Both the position numbers and the translations under genes were made by a program. The notes under the pieces are model-generated. The model did no database searches. It saw only the letters and a program-made list of their open reading frames with translations, and had not been told where the DNA came from. 64,000 bases of DNA from Geoalkalibacter sp. (lineage in GTDB: Bacteria > Desulfobacterota > Desulfuromonadia > Desulfuromonadales > Geoalkalibacteraceae), in NCBI RefSeq assembly GCF_030604225.1, contig NZ_JAUVWH010000001.1, positions 8,413 to 72,412 of the forward strand, given 5' to 3'. Shown here piece by piece: positions 61,818 to 64,000 of the stretch (positions are counted from its first letter, which is position 1; every line of letters begins with the position of its first letter).

Positions 61818-62384
61818 TTAAATAATGGTAAAGGGAGAGAGCGTCCAGAGCACCTTGGCGTCCTGGTCGCTGATATTGTCCCAGCGATGGGGCAAATGGG
61901 ACTTGAAGGACAGGCTGTCGCCTGGAGTCAGGACATACTCCTCGCCGGCGATGGTGACCTTGAGGCGCCCTTCGATCATATAGATCAGTTCGTCTCCGGG
62001 GTGATACATGTGCTGGCGGCCGCTGGTGCCGCCAGGAGGCACGGTGCAGAAAAACGACATGAACTGGGGATCGCGCAGCCCCGAGGTAAAGGATTCGGTG
62101 TGCATGTTGTGCTCATCGTCGTAAACCGTGGTATCGCGCCCGCCGGGGCGGGTAAAGACCACTTCGTTGGTGGTGCTCACCTCTTCGACGAAGTAGTTGA
62201 TGCTCTTGTCAAACACGCCCGCCAGTTTCATCAGGATTTCCACCGAGGGAATGGTCAGGCCGCGCTCGACGCGGCTGATCATGTTGGAGGACACCCCGGA
62301 TTTTTCCGCGAGTTCCTGAATGGTCATATCGTTTTTCAGGCGAATGGCCTTGAGTTTTTTGCCGACAATTTTCTTGATGCGCAT
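61818..62384 (-). CDS. XRE-family HTH + cupin transcriptional regulator (PuuR-like architecture), copy 1
   Basis: 188 aa. ...LKNDMTIQELAEKSGVSSNMISRVERGLTIPSVEILMKLAGVF.... C-terminal cupin region ...GDELIYMIEGRLKVTIAGEEYVLTPGDSLSF. Confidence 0.85.
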   Translation of the reverse strand: MRIKKIVGKKLKAIRLKNDMTIQELAEKSGVSSNMISRVERGLTIPSVEILMKLAGVFDKSINYFVEEVSTTNEVVFTRPGGRDTTVYDDEHNMHTESFTSGLRDPQFMSFFCTVPPGGTSGRQHMYHPGDELIYMIEGRLKVTIAGEEYVLTPGDSLSFKSHLPHRWDNISDQDAKVLWTLSPFTII

Positions 62385-62443
62385 GGGGATCGGTGCTCCG
62401 GGATGTAGGCCGTCAGATCAAGAGGTCCAGAAAAATTTTCATT

Positions 62444-63010
62444 TTATTGAGAAACATTGGGCGCGGGGGAAACAACCCAGAGAATTTCCGTTTGCCCGGC
62501 ATGGAGATTGTCCCAGCGATGCGGCAGGGAGGCCTTGAAAACGATGGAATCCCCTTCTTCCAGCACGTAGTTCTGCCCGTCGATGACGAACTGCATCTTG
62601 CCCTTGAGCACGTAGGCGAACTCTTCCCCGGTGTGCACCATGCCCCCCTGCCCGCTGCTGCACCCCTCTTCCAGGGTGTCGCAGAAGACACTGAAACCGG
62701 GGTCGCGAATGCCATGGGTCAGGCTGGTGATCTGATGCTTGTCCTCGAAGAAAAAAATCGGCTCGCCCTTGCGCTGAATGGTCGGCACGATGAGGGTGCC
62801 GCGTTCGGCTTCCTCGACAAAAAAGCTGATGCTCATGCCGAAGGCGTCGGCCAGCTTCATGAGGATTTCCACAGAGGGGATGGTCAGGCCGCGCTCGATG
62901 CGCGAGATCATATTGGAGGAAACCCTCGATTTCCTGGCCAGTTCCTGAATTGTCATGTCATTGCGCAGGCGGGTGGACTTGAGCTTTTTGCCGATCAGTT
63001 GCTTCACCAT
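62444..63010 (-). CDS. XRE-family HTH + cupin transcriptional regulator, copy 2 (tandem paralog)
   Basis: Start re-assigned to ATG at 63010 (MVKQLIGKKLKSTRLRNDMTIQELARKS...). 188 aa, colinear with copy 1. Confidence 0.85.
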   Translation of the reverse strand: MVKQLIGKKLKSTRLRNDMTIQELARKSRVSSNMISRIERGLTIPSVEILMKLADAFGMSISFFVEEAERGTLIVPTIQRKGEPIFFFEDKHQITSLTHGIRDPGFSVFCDTLEEGCSSGQGGMVHTGEEFAYVLKGKMQFVIDGQNYVLEEGDSIVFKASLPHRWDNLHAGQTEILWVVSPAPNVSQ

Positions 63011-63136
63011 AATGAAAGAAACTCCCAAAGATAAATAAAATGATGTTTTATCATTCTGGTTTTTGCCTGTCAACACCTCTGTCGATACGATATGAGAAAG
63101 CAAAACCAGAAATAGTATAATATTGAAAATTGTTAA

Positions 63137-63168
63137 TTGTCAACCATGGCCAACTCAAAGGTTGACAA
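63137..63168. promoter_or_regulatory. BirA-type biotin operator (bioO) candidate
   Basis: Perfect 9-bp inverted repeat TTGTCAACC-N14-GGTTGACAA. It matches the TGTnAAC-N14/15-GTTnACA BirA-site architecture and lies 70 nt upstream of bioB. Confidence 0.55.
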
Positions 63169-63189
63169 CCCGGCGTCATTTCCTGTAAT
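63162..63189 (+). promoter_or_regulatory. candidate sigma70 promoter of bioB, overlapping the operator's right half-site
   Basis: TTGACA (63162-63167), 16-nt spacer, TGTAAT (63184-63189). Confidence 0.45.
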
Positions 63190-63237
63190 CAAGCAGTTAT
63201 CTTGATTTCTGACTGTTGAATGCTGGAGAATATTTCC

Positions 63238-64000
63238 ATGAACAACCCATTTCTGACCAAAGCTATCAACAATCAACCGCTGAGCGAAGCCGAAGGATTG
63301 GCCATCCTGCGGGCGCGCGGGGCGGAATTGACCGCGATCCTGGCGGGTGCCCACCAGTTGCGGGAAAAGACCTTCGGCGATCGCATCGAACTCTGCTCCA
63401 TCATCAATGCCAAATCGGGCAAATGCAGCGAAAATTGCAGTTTCTGCGCCCAATCGGCCCATCACGACACCAACGCTCCCATTTATCCCCTCAAGAGCGA
63501 GGACGAACTGGTCGCCGGCGCTCATGCGGCGGCCGCCGCCGGCTCGCACTGCTACGGCATCGTCACCAGCGGCACCAACATCGCCGCGGGCCGCGAGCGC
63601 GACACGATTCTTGCGGCCCTGCGCCGCATCCGGCGGGAAACGACCATCGATCCCTCGGCGTCCCTCGGCCTGCTCGATGATCGGATGGCCCGGGGGTTGG
63701 CGGATGCCGGCTGCGTCACCTATCACCACAACCTGGAAACCGCCCGCTCCTTCTTTCCCCAGGTCTGCACCACCCACGACTACGAGGAAGACGTCGAAAC
63801 GGTGCGCGCGGCCAAGCGCGCCGGCATGAAGGTCTGCTGCGGGGGCATTTTCGGGCTGGGCGAGAGCCTGGAGCAACGCGTCGAACTGGCCCTCACCCTG
63901 CGCGAATTGGATGTGGATTCGGTGCCCCTGAACTTTCTCAATCCCGTGGCGGGCACCCCCCTGGAAGGCGCCGGCTACCTGACCCCCCTTGATTGCGTGC
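63238..64000 (+). CDS. bioB: biotin synthase, N-terminal ~254 aa (3' end outside window)
   Basis: This frame is not in the ORF track because it has no stop in the window. My own translation from ATG 63238 gives MNNPFLTKAINNQPLSEAEGLAIL...INAKSGKCSENCSFCAQSAHH (radical-SAM CxxxCxxC) ...YHHNLETA...CCGGIFGLGES. Confidence 0.92.
   Translation, partial: MNNPFLTKAINNQPLSEAEGLAILRARGAELTAILAGAHQLREKTFGDRIELCSIINAKSGKCSENCSFCAQSAHHDTNAPIYPLKSEDELVAGAHAAAAAGSHCYGIVTSGTNIAAGRERDTILAALRRIRRETTIDPSASLGLLDDRMARGLADAGCVTYHHNLETARSFFPQVCTTHDYEEDVETVRAAKRAGMKVCCGGIFGLGESLEQRVELALTLRELDVDSVPLNFLNPVAGTPLEGAGYLTPLDCV

Overview
This is a GC-rich bacterial chromosomal window with dense coding on both strands. 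Gene content and order suggest an anaerobic Desulfuromonadales/Geobacter-type deltaproteobacterium, but that is inference only. Most of the window is core metabolism: pyrB'(3' end)-pyrC-carA-carB-greA, recG, nadB and chorismate mutase. A minus-strand nucleotide block follows (purB, purS/L fusion, purQ, purF, pyrE), then gap-pgk-tpiA-secG-tRNA-Leu, map and an alpha-glucan phosphorylase. The rest includes rsmD-coaD, a yacG-queD-queE-creatininase cluster, arsR-acr3-usp, tRNA-Pro, an iorAB-paaK-ACT-paaK aromatic 2-oxoacid cluster, a Na/Pi-PhoU transporter and the 5' part of bioB. I recognised no rRNA, CRISPR array, transposase or integrase. The patches that look accessory or unexplained are: (1) an islet right after tRNA-Leu holding a small orphan ORF, a PNPOx-family gene translationally coupled to a rifampin-phosphotransferase-like enzyme, and a more AT-rich Nim-like gene; (2) a tightly overlapped four-gene envelope operon (OmpA-type outer membrane protein, OmpA-like periplasmic protein, effector-less cNMP-domain protein, orphan lipoprotein); (3) a family of nested GCGGAT-arm palindromic elements that fill the purF-pyrE and MBL-purB spacers with terminator/attenuator geometry; (4) a free-standing DAHP-synthase-type regulatory domain coupled to a free chorismate mutase; (5) paralogous GAF-GGDEF-EAL genes flanking yhbY; (6) tandem XRE-cupin regulators beside a BirA-type operator in front of bioB. 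All calls come from reading the translated ORFs and the DNA by eye. No database search or computation was run. Start codons marked as re-assigned are my judgement from N-terminal family patterns and Shine-Dalgarno placement.
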